64,000 bases of DNA from an uncultured Kangiella sp. (GTDB lineage Bacteria; Pseudomonadota; Gammaproteobacteria; Enterobacterales; Kangiellaceae), in contig CANNDL010000001.1 of NCBI GenBank assembly GCA_947503435.1, positions 83,469 to 147,468 on the forward strand, given 5' to 3'. The position numbers and the translations under genes are program-made. Under the pieces are notes generated by a model. It did no database searches and was not told the DNA's origin. It saw only the letters and a list, made by a program, of their open reading frames with translations. Shown here piece after piece: positions 38,649 through 49,554 of the stretch (positions are counted from its first letter, which is position 1; each line of letters starts with the position of its first letter).

Positions 38649-38830
38649 ATGTCTGACCAAATAAGTACACTGAAGAGTTTACAATTGCATTGATTGATGT
38701 AAACTACTCGGTGTAAATGCGATTTAATTATTATTTAAATTCAAATGATTGATTTATAAAGATTTTAGCTTACAGGGATATGCTCTTGTGTATAATCACT
38801 AAATCAATGATTGATAAGGGTCTATTTGTT

Positions 38831-41179
38831 ATGGGATTACAAATTCGTGCTTTAGTATTCATTGGCTTCCTATTGTTTGCTCCTAGCCTAGCTTTGGCTA
38901 AAACAGTCGATATAGCATTAATTAGAGATGGCCCCGCAGATTCATTTTTACCCCTTCAGCAAGTTAAAAAAGAAATTAACACCTTGTTGGAAGGTGAATT
39001 TCAGGTTCGCTATATAGAAACTAGTCAGACCGATGCCGATTGGACTCTTGAAGGAGTTAATCGGGTGTTGCAAAAAATCTATAATGACAAGTCAGTCGAT
39101 ATTGTTATTACCTTAGGACCCGTTGCTTCCAATGAGGTTGCAAAAATAAATCGGGTAACTACACCAACAATTGCCGCCACTATCATCAATCCCAACGCAC
39201 AACGCTTGCCTTATCAAAACAACAAAAGTGGTCGGAATAATTTTACTTATATTGCAGATGTTGATGCTGGCGGTGAAATAGAGTTTTTTAAGGGATTTAC
39301 AGGAAAAACGAAAATTGCTGTATTGATAGAGCCATTTTTATCGAATAGCTGGGAAGAGTTAGACAATGTTTTAGCTGAAGGTGAGAAAGCGTTTGGGATT
39401 AACTTTACAAAAGTTCCTTTAACTAAAGACCTAAACCAAGTGCGCAAGAGTATTCCTGCAGATACTCAAGCTGCAATGGTAGGAATTTTATCACAGCATT
39501 CAGAAAGAGAAATTAAAGATCTCGCTAATTTACTAGTTGAGATGAAGTTGCCTAGTTATACATTCTTGGGTGAAAAAGGTGTAGATCTAGGTTTTATGGT
39601 CACCGAAGGTCAGTTAGATCAAGAACGTTTTCAAATAGCGCGTAGAATTGCACTCGATGTGCAAAGAATCCTTTTTGGACGTAATGCCAAAGACTTACCT
39701 ATAGATATTAACTTTAGCCGCCGTGTTGTTTTCAACGAGTCGACGGCTTTAAAAACGGGCTTTTCTCCAAACTGGCAAAAAATTATCAATGCAAAAATAT
39801 TGCATCGTGACGAGTTAACAAATAGAAGGGCTTTTAGTGTCACTCAAGCAATTACTTTTGCTATAGAAAATAATTTAAACCTTAAAGTAAATAGTATTAA
39901 TGTCGATTTAGCAGCAAAAGATATAGCTATCGCTAAATCAAATTTATATCCCACAGCATCTCTAGGGGCTTCTTATCAGCAAATAAAAAAATCGACAGCT
40001 TTTATAGGTAATCCTGAACGGCGAGCAGATGCCAGTTTGAGTTTATCCCAACCCCTATACTCCGAAAACTTATGGGCAAATTATGATGTCAGTGAGTATT
40101 TATTCGATAGCCAAAATCAACTTCATCAAGCGGCGATATTAGATACTGCACAACTAGCTGCCTCAGCGTATCTGGGGTTGCTAAGTGCCAAAGCCAATGA
40201 AGAAATACAGCTAGCGAATTTAGAGTTAACCGAAAAAAACTTACAGTTGGCGCAAAACCGTATGCGCATCGGCACCACAGGAAAATCCGATGTTTTACGT
40301 TTCCAGAGCCAAATAGCGACTAACCGTCAGAATTTATTTTCAGCTGTAGCCGCACGTCAAAATGCCGAGTTGGACTTAGCAAGAGTAATGAATTTACCTG
40401 AAGGGTTATTAGTTGATGTTAGAGAGCCAGATGTAGCTAGTCTGCTATCAATTTTAACAGACGCCCGTTTTCAAAGTTATGTAAACAATCAAATTCAGTG
40501 GAATGCTTTTCAAGAATTTTATAAGCGAGAAGCAATTGCTAATGCGCCCGAATTAAAAAGCTTTGATGCGCAGCTAAGTGCAACCGAGCGAAATATTATT
40601 GCCAATCAAAGAGGTTATTATATTCCGAATATTAACTTAACTGCGCAAGCGGGAAGAAATATTTCTCAATCAGGTATTGGATCAGTGGATAACGCTGAAA
40701 AAAATAGTTGGACGGTGGGTATAGGAGCTACATTACCCTTGGATCTTAATGGACAAAGACGCAAAAACATTAATCGCACAGAATTGCAAAAAGAACAGCT
40801 AGATATAACGCGATTAGCAACTCAACAACAGATTGTAAGCAATACCGGTAAAGCACTTTTTACGATTGGAAGCTCATATCCGAATATTCAATTGAGTCAG
40901 GAAGCAGCAAAAGCTGCCTCGGAGTCTTTGGAACTTGTACAAGATTCTTATGCTAAAGGCGCGGTATCCATATCGGACTTATTGGATGCTCAGAACAATG
41001 CGTTGAGTGCTCGCTTAAGCGCCATAAATGCAGAGTATAACTTTTTACAAGACTATATGTCGCTCATGCGATCGGCTGGCGACTTTACCCCTATCTTAAA
41101 AGGTAAATATAGTTCAGATTGGTTTAATCGCTTGCATAAATATTTTACAGAAAAAGGTATTGAGGTTGATCCTCGTTAG
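38831..41179 (+). CDS. TolC-family outer membrane factor with an N-terminal ABC-type substrate-binding-like domain
   Basis: C-terminal half has OEP repeats (AIENNLNL, YPTASLG, YIPNINL, GAVSISDLLDAQ); the N-terminal ~330 aa resemble an ABC_sub_bind periplasmic fold; start taken at 38831 (ORF opens at 38780). Confidence 0.82.
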   Translation: MGLQIRALVFIGFLLFAPSLALAKTVDIALIRDGPADSFLPLQQVKKEINTLLEGEFQVRYIETSQTDADWTLEGVNRVLQKIYNDKSVDIVITLGPVASNEVAKINRVTTPTIAATIINPNAQRLPYQNNKSGRNNFTYIADVDAGGEIEFFKGFTGKTKIAVLIEPFLSNSWEELDNVLAEGEKAFGINFTKVPLTKDLNQVRKSIPADTQAAMVGILSQHSEREIKDLANLLVEMKLPSYTFLGEKGVDLGFMVTEGQLDQERFQIARRIALDVQRILFGRNAKDLPIDINFSRRVVFNESTALKTGFSPNWQKIINAKILHRDELTNRRAFSVTQAITFAIENNLNLKVNSINVDLAAKDIAIAKSNLYPTASLGASYQQIKKSTAFIGNPERRADASLSLSQPLYSENLWANYDVSEYLFDSQNQLHQAAILDTAQLAASAYLGLLSAKANEEIQLANLELTEKNLQLAQNRMRIGTTGKSDVLRFQSQIATNRQNLFSAVAARQNAELDLARVMNLPEGLLVDVREPDVASLLSILTDARFQSYVNNQIQWNAFQEFYKREAIANAPELKSFDAQLSATERNIIANQRGYYIPNINLTAQAGRNISQSGIGSVDNAEKNSWTVGIGATLPLDLNGQRRKNINRTELQKEQLDITRLATQQQIVSNTGKALFTIGSSYPNIQLSQEAAKAASESLELVQDSYAKGAVSISDLLDAQNNALSARLSAINAEYNFLQDYMSLMRSAGDFTPILKGKYSSDWFNRLHKYFTEKGIEVDPR

Positions 41180-41189
41180 GAGATTTTCA

Positions 41190-42323
41190 ATGGTTAAAAA
41201 GAACGTATTTTCAAAAGGAAAAAACTTAATTGCACTTAGCCTTACCAGTGTTTTCCTCGTGGCGTGTGAAGAAGAGGCTCCTGTCGTAGAAAAAACATAT
41301 AGACCTGTTCAGTACATAAAAGTACAACCTATAGGGGCGGTATTAACAGATACTTTTTCAGGAGTGGTTGAAGCTGACCTAGATGCTAACTTAAGTTTTC
41401 GTGTTGGCGGCACCATTACTAACCGGTTAGTGAAAGTTGGCGATCAAGTAAAGGCTGACCAATTGCTCGCTGAGTTAGATGCCACTGATTTTCAAGTTTC
41501 CTATCAACAAGCGCAAGCTAGCTTGCAACAAGCTATTGCCAATCAACGCAATCAAGAAGCTAGTTACGATAGAGTTGTAGAACTGTATGAAAATAACAAC
41601 AGCTCTAAAAGTGACTTAGATGCTGCTAGAGCAGGAGCCGAATCGGCCAGGGCTGCAACTACCGTCGCTCGTCGCCAAGCTGAAGCTGCGCGATTACAAG
41701 TATCTTATACAAAGCTGCGAGCGCCACAAGCTTGCTCGATAGCGCAAGTTTTAGCGGACACAAACGAAGCGGTCAGTCCAGGGCAAGGCGTAATTAGGGT
41801 GAATTGTGGAGCTTGCGCTAAAGTGAAAGTGTCGGTTCCCGATCAGTTGATTAATAATATTTCAAAGGGTGACGACGTAGTTGTCACAACCGCAGCCTTT
41901 TCTGGTCAAGAATTTAAGGCAAAAGTGACCGAAGTAGGGGTAGCAGCTACTTCAGGTGGCACATTCCCTATAGAAGCTTTATTACAAGGTGATTGTCCTG
42001 ATTTAAGAGCAGGTATGTCAGCTAATCTATTATTTAATTTTTCAGATTTAACGGGATCTGAATCAGCTAAGCGCTTGATAGTCCCTTATTTATCAATTGG
42101 TGAGGATGAAAAGGGTAATTTTGTGTTCGTGTTAACGCCAGTATCTGATGGTATTTTTCGTGCTGAGAGAAGAGCTATTGAATTTCAAGCCGGTAGCAAT
42201 AATGGTGCTGAAATTCTTTCCGGCGTCAATTCAGGCGAATTGGTTGCGACTGCAGGTGTTAGGCGCTTATTAGATGGGATGGAAGTAAAGTTATTAGAAA
42301 AGCCAATTGTTGGTAATAATTAA
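41190..42323 (+). CDS. RND efflux periplasmic adaptor (membrane fusion protein)
   Basis: Lipobox LVAC, LSFRVGGTI...VKVGDQVKADQLLAELD, YTKLRAP; RBS AGGAG before the ATG at 41190. Confidence 0.92.
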   Translation: MVKKNVFSKGKNLIALSLTSVFLVACEEEAPVVEKTYRPVQYIKVQPIGAVLTDTFSGVVEADLDANLSFRVGGTITNRLVKVGDQVKADQLLAELDATDFQVSYQQAQASLQQAIANQRNQEASYDRVVELYENNNSSKSDLDAARAGAESARAATTVARRQAEAARLQVSYTKLRAPQACSIAQVLADTNEAVSPGQGVIRVNCGACAKVKVSVPDQLINNISKGDDVVVTTAAFSGQEFKAKVTEVGVAATSGGTFPIEALLQGDCPDLRAGMSANLLFNFSDLTGSESAKRLIVPYLSIGEDEKGNFVFVLTPVSDGIFRAERRAIEFQAGSNNGAEILSGVNSGELVATAGVRRLLDGMEVKLLEKPIVGNN

Positions 42324-42337
42324 TACGGGGCATCATA

Positions 42338-45300
42338 ATGGATATTACACGCTTTACTATTGAAAAGACCCGTGTGTTCTGGGTTGTTTTTATCGCCCTG
42401 GTTTTTAGTGGAATTAATGCTTATTTAACTTTGCCAAAGAATGAAGACCCCGGCTTTATTATCCGAGTTGCCTTTATTCAGACTATGCTGCCTGGTGCTA
42501 GCCCAGATAGAGTGGAGCAGTTAATTACGGATAAGCTGGAGAAAGAAATCCAGCAAATGCCTGAAATTAAAAATATTACCAGTGAATCTTTGACTGGCGT
42601 TTCTTTAGTGTATGCAGAAATGAAACCTGAATATACCAATATGCGCCCTATATGGGATAAGTTACGCCGTAAAGTTGACGATGCCAAATCAGAGCTCCCG
42701 CAGGGAGTGCAAGGCCCTTTTGTTAATGACGAGTTTGGTGATGTTTTTGGAACCGTAGTAGCAATCACCGGAGATGGTTTCAATTATCGACAGCTTAAAC
42801 GCATTGCTGATGATGTTAGAAATGAATTATTGCTTTTAGGGAATGTGGCTAAGGTACAGATTGTTGGTGCGCAAGAGGAGCGGATCTATCTCGAATACAA
42901 CAATGCAAAATTATCTGAACTAAAAATTTCACCCGCTCAGTTACAAGCTGCTTTGCAGCAGAAAAATATCATTCGGTCGGGAGGTGACTTTTCAACTAGT
43001 TATGAAAAAGTAGTTTTTGAACCTACGGGAAATTTCAATTCAGTTGGAGATATTGCTGACACTATTATAAATATCCCTAATTCTAGCAGTGTTGTTAAGC
43101 TAAGTGACTTGGTGAGTGTTAAACGTGCTTTTGTTGATCCTCAGCAAATGATAATGCGTAACACTGGTGAGCCAAGTTTAGCACTGGCTATATCGCTAAA
43201 AGAAGGCGGTAATATTATTGATTTAGGTAGCGAAGTAAAAGCTGTAATTAACCAAGTAAAAACTGTGTACCCTATTGGCGTTGATTTTGAATTTTTATCA
43301 TTTCAAGCAGACGTTGTTGATAAGAAAATTGATGAGTTTTTGGGTAACGTTTGGCAAGCAATTGCTATTGTTATGCTAGTAATGCTGATCTTCTTGGGCT
43401 TGCGAACTGGATTGGTGGTAGCTTCGTTAATCCCATCAGCAATGATTATTACATTATATATAATGCAAATTTTTGGCATTGGAATTGACCAAATGTCTTT
43501 GGCATCCTTAATCATTGCCTTAGGAATGTTAGTTGATAATGCCATTGTGATGAGCGAAAGTATTATGGTTCGTTCAGAAAAGGGAGAAGACCTAAAGAAA
43601 GCAGCTCTAGAATCGGTTAAAGAATTAAGGCTACCGCTTTTAGTCTCATCCTTGACTACTTCAGCAGCGTTCTTACCAATATTTTTGGCAGAATCTTCAG
43701 TGGGCGAATATACCGCACCAATTTTTAAAGTAGTTACTATTACTTTAATAGTTTCTTGGTTGTTGGCCTTAACACTAATTCCATTACTTTGCGTTATGTT
43801 TATGAAGGTCAAGAAGAAAACTGGCGATAACGAGAAGAAGTTTAGCGAAGGATTCTATGGAATATATCGAAAGGTTTTATTAACTCTTGTAAGACGTCCA
43901 ATAATTTCATTATTAGGAGTTTTTGCAATATTTTATGGCAGTCTTCAATTATTCGTTTTTGTGGAAAATGTGTTCTTTCCCGCAAATGATAAACCAATTG
44001 TTACTATTGAAATTGAAACACCTGAGGGCTCTCCAATAGCTCGCACTATAGATATAACCAACGAAGTAGAACAGTTTATTAAAGAAAACCTTACCGTTAA
44101 GGCTGAAGGCGAAAGAGGACTAATAAATTGGGGTACTTATATTGGTGAAGGCCCACCTCGTTTTACATTATCTGCGCCTTCTCATGCGAGAGCTGAAAAT
44201 TATTCTATGATTTTGGGTACTGCAACAGATGTGGGGATTGCCACTGAGAAAATTTTTCCAGAAGTAGAAAAGTTTATTAATGAGCGTTATCCAGATGTTA
44301 CTCCAACCATCGATTTTTTACCATTGGGTACAGCAGGTGGAGCGCCTATCGCCATTCGTTTAATGGGCCGCGATCAAGATGAACTTTTTGCCTTGGTAGA
44401 AAAGGTTAAAAATAAACTCGCGTCTTTAGATGGTACAAAAAACATAACCGATGACTGGGGAACACGTTCGAAGAAAGTTGTTTTAGATATTGATAATGCT
44501 AAGGCGCAATTAGCCGGTGTTACCAATGATGATGTAGGTGCTGCCATGGAAACTTATATGACGGGCTTGCGGACAACAAATTACCGTGAAGGTGATCAGT
44601 TGATACCTATAGTGATTCGTTCAGAACGTGATGATAATGCTCAGGCTGATTTTTCATTAGTAGGGAATATTAGCGTTTATTCGCAAGCGACCGGTAACTC
44701 GGTGCCTTTGAGTCAGGTGGCTGAGATGAAGTTAGAATGGCAGGCTTCGAAGATTTTACGACGGAATCGATTAAAAACCGTAACGGTTGAGAGCTATTTG
44801 GAGCCTGGATTTAATGCACTATCGACTACGGCTATTATGAAAACCTGGTTAGAAGAGGATCAAAGTAGCTGGCCATTTGGTTATAAATTTGAGCTAGGTG
44901 GTGAGTATGAAAGCTCTGGTGAAGCGCAAGAATCTATTTTTGCTAAGCTGGGTATTGCCGGATTAGTGATTCTTCTTTTACTCGTGGGACAATTCAACTC
45001 TATGCGAAAGACCGTAATTGTTTTATTTACCATTCCTTTGTCTTTAATTGGTGTAATAATCGGTTTAGTGATCACAAATCAGTCACTTGGTTTTATGACT
45101 TTATTGGGCATTATTTCACTGGCGGGAATAGTAATTAATAATGCGATTGTTCTTTTGGATAGAGTGAAGATAGAAAATAAGGAAATGGGTAAGCCTATTA
45201 CTGAAGCCATTTTATTTGCGTGCCAACAACGTTTAAGGCCTATTTTATTAACCACTGCAACCACTATAGGCGGCATGATTCCTTTATGGCTCGGCGGTGG

Positions 45301-45430
45301 CCCTATGTGGGAGTCTATGGCTGTTGCCATTATTTTTGGTATTTTATTTGCAACTTTATTAACTTTAGGCGTAGTCCCAGTGTTATACACCCTGTTTTAT
45401 AGGGTGAAATATGACGCAATAAAAAGCTAA
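42338..45430 (+). CDS. RND efflux permease (AcrB/AcrD/AcrF family)
   Basis: 1030 aa, 12-TM pattern, GMLVDNAIV, GIVINNAIV, RLRPILLTT. Confidence 0.95.
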   Translation: MDITRFTIEKTRVFWVVFIALVFSGINAYLTLPKNEDPGFIIRVAFIQTMLPGASPDRVEQLITDKLEKEIQQMPEIKNITSESLTGVSLVYAEMKPEYTNMRPIWDKLRRKVDDAKSELPQGVQGPFVNDEFGDVFGTVVAITGDGFNYRQLKRIADDVRNELLLLGNVAKVQIVGAQEERIYLEYNNAKLSELKISPAQLQAALQQKNIIRSGGDFSTSYEKVVFEPTGNFNSVGDIADTIINIPNSSSVVKLSDLVSVKRAFVDPQQMIMRNTGEPSLALAISLKEGGNIIDLGSEVKAVINQVKTVYPIGVDFEFLSFQADVVDKKIDEFLGNVWQAIAIVMLVMLIFLGLRTGLVVASLIPSAMIITLYIMQIFGIGIDQMSLASLIIALGMLVDNAIVMSESIMVRSEKGEDLKKAALESVKELRLPLLVSSLTTSAAFLPIFLAESSVGEYTAPIFKVVTITLIVSWLLALTLIPLLCVMFMKVKKKTGDNEKKFSEGFYGIYRKVLLTLVRRPIISLLGVFAIFYGSLQLFVFVENVFFPANDKPIVTIEIETPEGSPIARTIDITNEVEQFIKENLTVKAEGERGLINWGTYIGEGPPRFTLSAPSHARAENYSMILGTATDVGIATEKIFPEVEKFINERYPDVTPTIDFLPLGTAGGAPIAIRLMGRDQDELFALVEKVKNKLASLDGTKNITDDWGTRSKKVVLDIDNAKAQLAGVTNDDVGAAMETYMTGLRTTNYREGDQLIPIVIRSERDDNAQADFSLVGNISVYSQATGNSVPLSQVAEMKLEWQASKILRRNRLKTVTVESYLEPGFNALSTTAIMKTWLEEDQSSWPFGYKFELGGEYESSGEAQESIFAKLGIAGLVILLLLVGQFNSMRKTVIVLFTIPLSLIGVIIGLVITNQSLGFMTLLGIISLAGIVINNAIVLLDRVKIENKEMGKPITEAILFACQQRLRPILLTTATTIGGMIPLWLGGGPMWESMAVAIIFGILFATLLTLGVVPVLYTLFYRVKYDAIKS

Positions 45431-45452
45431 ATCAAAAAATGAAAACAAGGAT

Positions 45453-46436
45453 ATGTTGAAATTAATTATCGGTTTGCTGGTATATGTCGTAACCGTAATT
45501 GAAGTTCAAGCGAGTGAAAACTCGCTTGTGACTTTGACTATGGAAAATGATATTTTTGCAGGTCAGGACGGCGGCTATACTAATGGCATTGCAATAAGCT
45601 GGGGTTACGGAGCCGCACCAGATATTTTTGATCTCGAAGCCGCACAATGGCTAAAATCTTTAGCTAATAAAACCTATTTGGCCGACTTTGATGGCAATAA
45701 AGCATTTACCTATATTGTATTTCAAGGAATGCAAACGCCAGAAAATATTGCAAGCCAAGAATTGCAAAGTAATGATCTTCCTTATGCAGGTTTATTAGGT
45801 GGTGGCATTAGTCTACATGCATGGGACGATATAACTGCGCATCAACTTAATATGACCGTTGGAATAGTAGGCCCCGCTTCGCTAGCTGAAGATGCCCAAA
45901 AAATAATTCATAGAATGACTAGTTCGGATAAACCTCAAGGGTGGGATCATCAGTTGGGTAACGAGCTAGTATTTGCTGTTAATGCCCGTAAGAGTTGGCG
46001 GATAAGAGAATCATTTAACGGTATAGATTTTGACTTAATAGCTGCGGTTGAAGGTGGTGGCGGAACCTTGCAATCATCTTTAGCAACCAGTTTTATTGCA
46101 CGCTTCGGAACAAATTTAGAATCAACTCACCACTTAGCAACTGTTCTACCTGGTAGAGAGGTTAACCCTCTTGCCGGCTCTATAAAAAATCACTTCTATT
46201 TTTATTTAGGTGGTCAGGCTGCTTACTTTATTAACGATATATTTGTTGATGGGAACACTTTTAAAAGTAGCCACTCATTACCACTAGAGCATGAGCGATA
46301 TATATTTTCAACGGGAGCTGCTTGGAACTGGGAGCAGTGGGGATTATTGCTTTCAATGGCGCATACATCTAGCCCCACCTCAATAAGTTCAAAGAGAGCA
46401 AAGTTTGGCTCGTTAAGTATAAGCTATCGGTTTTAA
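45453..46436 (+). CDS. Lipid A deacylase LpxR family outer membrane protein (DUF2219)
   Basis: ENDIF...DGGYTNG, PYAGLL, GWDHQL, C-terminal aromatic beta strand (ISYRF). Confidence 0.82.
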   Translation: MLKLIIGLLVYVVTVIEVQASENSLVTLTMENDIFAGQDGGYTNGIAISWGYGAAPDIFDLEAAQWLKSLANKTYLADFDGNKAFTYIVFQGMQTPENIASQELQSNDLPYAGLLGGGISLHAWDDITAHQLNMTVGIVGPASLAEDAQKIIHRMTSSDKPQGWDHQLGNELVFAVNARKSWRIRESFNGIDFDLIAAVEGGGGTLQSSLATSFIARFGTNLESTHHLATVLPGREVNPLAGSIKNHFYFYLGGQAAYFINDIFVDGNTFKSSHSLPLEHERYIFSTGAAWNWEQWGLLLSMAHTSSPTSISSKRAKFGSLSISYRF

Positions 46437-46494
46437 TGGCAATATTTATCTCACTTTTCTATACTGAAATTCAAATTGTGGTTAGTGATAAACT

Positions 46495-47133
46495 GTGACT
46501 ATTCTTCTGATACTTATTGTAGCTTCTGGCTTGGTTCATATTGTTAGTGACTATAAAGAGCGCTGGAACTTAACCTATATTTTTAAACCTTTAACCATGG
46601 CCCTAATTATTGGTTTGTTAATATTCAAAAGCGATTTAGAGGTGGCTTACAACAAGTGGATACTAATCGGCTTGGTTTTTTCGCTAGTTGGTGATGTGTT
46701 CTTAATGCTCCGGCCGCAAAAATTCATTTCAGGTTTGCTCAGTTTTTTAGTGGCTCATCTGTGCTATGTGTATGCTTTCTACCAGTCAGTCAAAGGAAAT
46801 GATATTCACTGGCTTGCATTGTCGCTTTTACCTCTTGGACTAATCTATCTAGCTATTCTTTGGAAATATTTGGGGAAATACCGTTTGCCAGTTATTGCCT
46901 ATTTTGTAGCCATTGGTTCAATGTTATTTTTTGCTAGTGCTTTATTGATTGTAGAGATGTCATTGATGAGTAAATACGCGCTAGTTGGTGCTATTTTGTT
47001 TGCTATCTCTGATGGTATTTTGGCTCGCAGGAAATTTGTTAAACCGATGAAATATGGTCAGTTTTATATTATGACTAGTTATTTTACTGCGCAGACGCTT
47101 TTAGCGTTATCGGCAGTTCATTATTGGTCTTAA
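46495..47133 (+). CDS. Lysoplasmalogenase/YhhN family membrane protein
   Basis: FKPLTM, GLVFSLVGDVFLM, GLLSFLVAHLCY, FAISDGILA, YFTAQ. Confidence 0.88.
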   Translation: MTILLILIVASGLVHIVSDYKERWNLTYIFKPLTMALIIGLLIFKSDLEVAYNKWILIGLVFSLVGDVFLMLRPQKFISGLLSFLVAHLCYVYAFYQSVKGNDIHWLALSLLPLGLIYLAILWKYLGKYRLPVIAYFVAIGSMLFFASALLIVEMSLMSKYALVGAILFAISDGILARRKFVKPMKYGQFYIMTSYFTAQTLLALSAVHYWS

Positions 47134-47153
47134 GGCAAATAAAAGACGAGCTT

Positions 47154-48233
47154 TTACTCGTCTTTACCTTCTTTATTCACTTCCTTGGCCTTGTCTTTGA
47201 CATATTGGTGAATTCGATTTTGTCGTTCGATTAAACTTTCCATTTGCTTTTGCAATTTTTGTTTTTGTTCAGGAGCGGCTTCATCTTTAATCGCATCCTT
47301 TAAGCTCTGAACTTCTTCATCTAAGTCGTGAGCCTTTTTGCGCAAATCATCGAGCTTTTCAGCTCGTTCCGCTTTATCAAAAATGACATCTTCTGGCGCG
47401 ACTTCTGCTTCATCTTTCTTCTTACGTTGTGTGGGGATAAAGACTTGTTCATTAACTTGTCTTTGATTCATAAAGCTTGGCGATACAATTTCAACTTTGG
47501 CTTTATGAATGGCATCTAAAACGCAACCATTTAATTTAGAGCGAGCAGACAGCATGGTGTTAATTTCTTTTACTAAACCATGTACTTTATACACAATAGA
47601 GAAGTCACCAAGTGTTTCAATATAGACAAATGGATTTTCCAATCCAGCATCTTCAACGGCTTGAATTAGTAAGGGTTCGATAATGCTGTGGTCTACGTCA
47701 TACCCCAATGAGATCTCAGTTGAAACAATGGTTCCATCATTGTGCATAACCGTAACTGGGTTAGTAACCAGATACATATTAGGTAATGTCACTAAGTCTC
47801 GTTCACGGTTTTGTATTTCGATATGTAATAAACCGCGCGTAGTGATACGTCCAAAATGATCGCCTATATCCACCAAGTCGCCAACCCGAAAATTCTTAAC
47901 CGAGCGCAACCAAATGCCCGCCATTAAATTTCCTAGGAAAGTGGTTGAACTAAGTGCAATGGATGCAGAAAGCAAAATACCAATCAAGCCAATGATTTGG
48001 CCTTGTAAGCTATCTTTGATTGGTAGTGCTAATACGAAGGCAATGACCAAAAATAACATAAAGATAAAGTTAGTGATTTGTCTTTGCAAAACGGCATTGT
48101 CGGAGCGTTTTTCGCGTGACTGGAAAAAGCCTTGCAATAGTCGGTATAGAATCATGCCGACAATAATAGTTACCGTTGGTGCTATTAACTCGCCCCAGTT
48201 AAATCGCCCAAAGAAATTTATTACAGAATCCAT
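47154..48233 (-). CDS. Small-conductance mechanosensitive channel (MscS family)
   Basis: Three TM helices, NLMAGIWL...FRVGDLV, VTLPNMYL, SLGYD. Confidence 0.85.
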   Translation of the reverse strand: MDSVINFFGRFNWGELIAPTVTIIVGMILYRLLQGFFQSREKRSDNAVLQRQITNFIFMLFLVIAFVLALPIKDSLQGQIIGLIGILLSASIALSSTTFLGNLMAGIWLRSVKNFRVGDLVDIGDHFGRITTRGLLHIEIQNRERDLVTLPNMYLVTNPVTVMHNDGTIVSTEISLGYDVDHSIIEPLLIQAVEDAGLENPFVYIETLGDFSIVYKVHGLVKEINTMLSARSKLNGCVLDAIHKAKVEIVSPSFMNQRQVNEQVFIPTQRKKKDEAEVAPEDVIFDKAERAEKLDDLRKKAHDLDEEVQSLKDAIKDEAAPEQKQKLQKQMESLIERQNRIHQYVKDKAKEVNKEGKDE

Positions 48234-48294
48234 AAGCTATTGTTTTGATTAGAATTAGCTTATCTTAGCGATTATTGATAAAAAGCACAAAAAC

Positions 48295-48321
48295 AAAAAA
48301 GGCGCTCAATGAGCGCCTTTT
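48295..48321. terminator. Intrinsic terminator after the porin gene
   Basis: AAAAAA-GGCGCTC-AAT-GAGCGCC-TTTT. Confidence 0.85.
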
Positions 48322-48341
48322 GAATACGACATTCTAAATGA

Positions 48342-49490
48342 TTAGAAAACGTACTGTACGCGTACTGCGATAGCGTCGCCATCTTTATCTACGCCACCTT
48401 CTTCAAGGTCACCCATGATGTAGTTAACACCAACACGGATAGCGTTGTTCGCGTAGTAGTTCAAGCCTAAAGTGAAAGCTGTTGCTTCGTCTTGGCCTGG
48501 CTCGTATTGGCTATAACGACCAAATACTTCCCATGCGCCGTCTTTACCTTTTGGCTTAACGCGCTTGAATTTACCGCCACTGTATGGACGAGATTCACCA
48601 GTGATGATGTAACCGAACTGAGCGTAGTAACCTTCAACGTCAACGTCGTTAGTCCAGTTAGAACCATCAGTTTCACCGTCAAAATATTCAGCTTGTGCGT
48701 GGAAAGGACCAGCAGCGTAAGCAACTTCTAAGTTATAGCCCGTAAAGCTTTCGCCTAAGATAGTACCAGAACCAGCTTTTTCATCTGCTAAGTGAACTTC
48801 TAAACGCTGATCAGCATTTTTGAATTCATTACCAGCTAAACGTTGCTTAGCAAAACCAGCACCAATGTGGAAAACTTCTTCTTTAGTGTTGATTGGAGAG
48901 AAAGTTAAACGACCAGTGATACCTGTAGCGATATGGCCACCTTCGTCACCTAAGTCATAAACACCTAAGCCCCAAGTGTAGTCTTTGTTTGCTTTACCTA
49001 AAGCGATACCTTTCTTGTTGCCGATTGCGAAAGCGTTAGAAGACATAGTACGCTCGATAGCAGTGATATCTTTAGAAGAAGTTTGAGTCTCTAAGCCAAA
49101 GTTAGCTTTGTGAGTACCGATTGTTAAATCAGCGAAATCCCAACCTTTGAATTTAACCCAAGCTTCATCAACTTTAGTTGAACCGTCTTCTTTAAAATCT
49201 GCACGGATTTTAGCTTCCCAGTCGCTTCCGATTTTGCCTTTAGCAAATAAACGAGCACGACGTACTTCTGAGTCAGAACCAGAAACATCGCCTTTTGAGA
49301 AAGCGTCGCCATCGAACCAGTCAGCGTCAAGCTGGATACGGCCACCGATGTTTAATGAAGTATCGCCAGTTTTAACAGTGATACCTTTACCAGCTTTAAC
49401 AGAAGAACTGCTTTCAGCGAAAGCCGCTGGTGTAGTGATTGCAGCTGCAACAGCTACTGCTAATAATTTCAATTTCATTGTCATCTCCAA
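48342..49490 (-). CDS. Phosphate-selective porin, OprO/OprP family
   Basis: GGRIQLD, EVRRARL, SSKDITAIER, GYYAQ...ITGESRPY, C-terminal Phe; Pho box upstream. Confidence 0.92.
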   Translation of the reverse strand: MEMTMKLKLLAVAVAAAITTPAAFAESSSSVKAGKGITVKTGDTSLNIGGRIQLDADWFDGDAFSKGDVSGSDSEVRRARLFAKGKIGSDWEAKIRADFKEDGSTKVDEAWVKFKGWDFADLTIGTHKANFGLETQTSSKDITAIERTMSSNAFAIGNKKGIALGKANKDYTWGLGVYDLGDEGGHIATGITGRLTFSPINTKEEVFHIGAGFAKQRLAGNEFKNADQRLEVHLADEKAGSGTILGESFTGYNLEVAYAAGPFHAQAEYFDGETDGSNWTNDVDVEGYYAQFGYIITGESRPYSGGKFKRVKPKGKDGAWEVFGRYSQYEPGQDEATAFTLGLNYYANNAIRVGVNYIMGDLEEGGVDKDGDAIAVRVQYVF

Positions 49491-49520
49491 AAAGAGGGTT
49501 TTATTTAATAGACGGCGGGC

Positions 49521-49554
49521 ATTGTAAGGCCTAAATATGACATTTCAATGACAG
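49521..49554 (-). promoter_or_regulatory. Pho-box promoter of the porin gene
   Basis: Minus strand: CTGTCAT-TGAA-ATGTCAT, 10 nt, TACAAT. Confidence 0.88.

Noticed and set aside
43303-43812. 169-aa antisense ORF inside the RND permease, and similar short overlapping ORFs in the track (e.g. 13714-13962, 17128-17511, 20481-20795, 47914-48252)
   Set aside because: Shadow frames of well-supported genes, with no RBS or recognisable motifs
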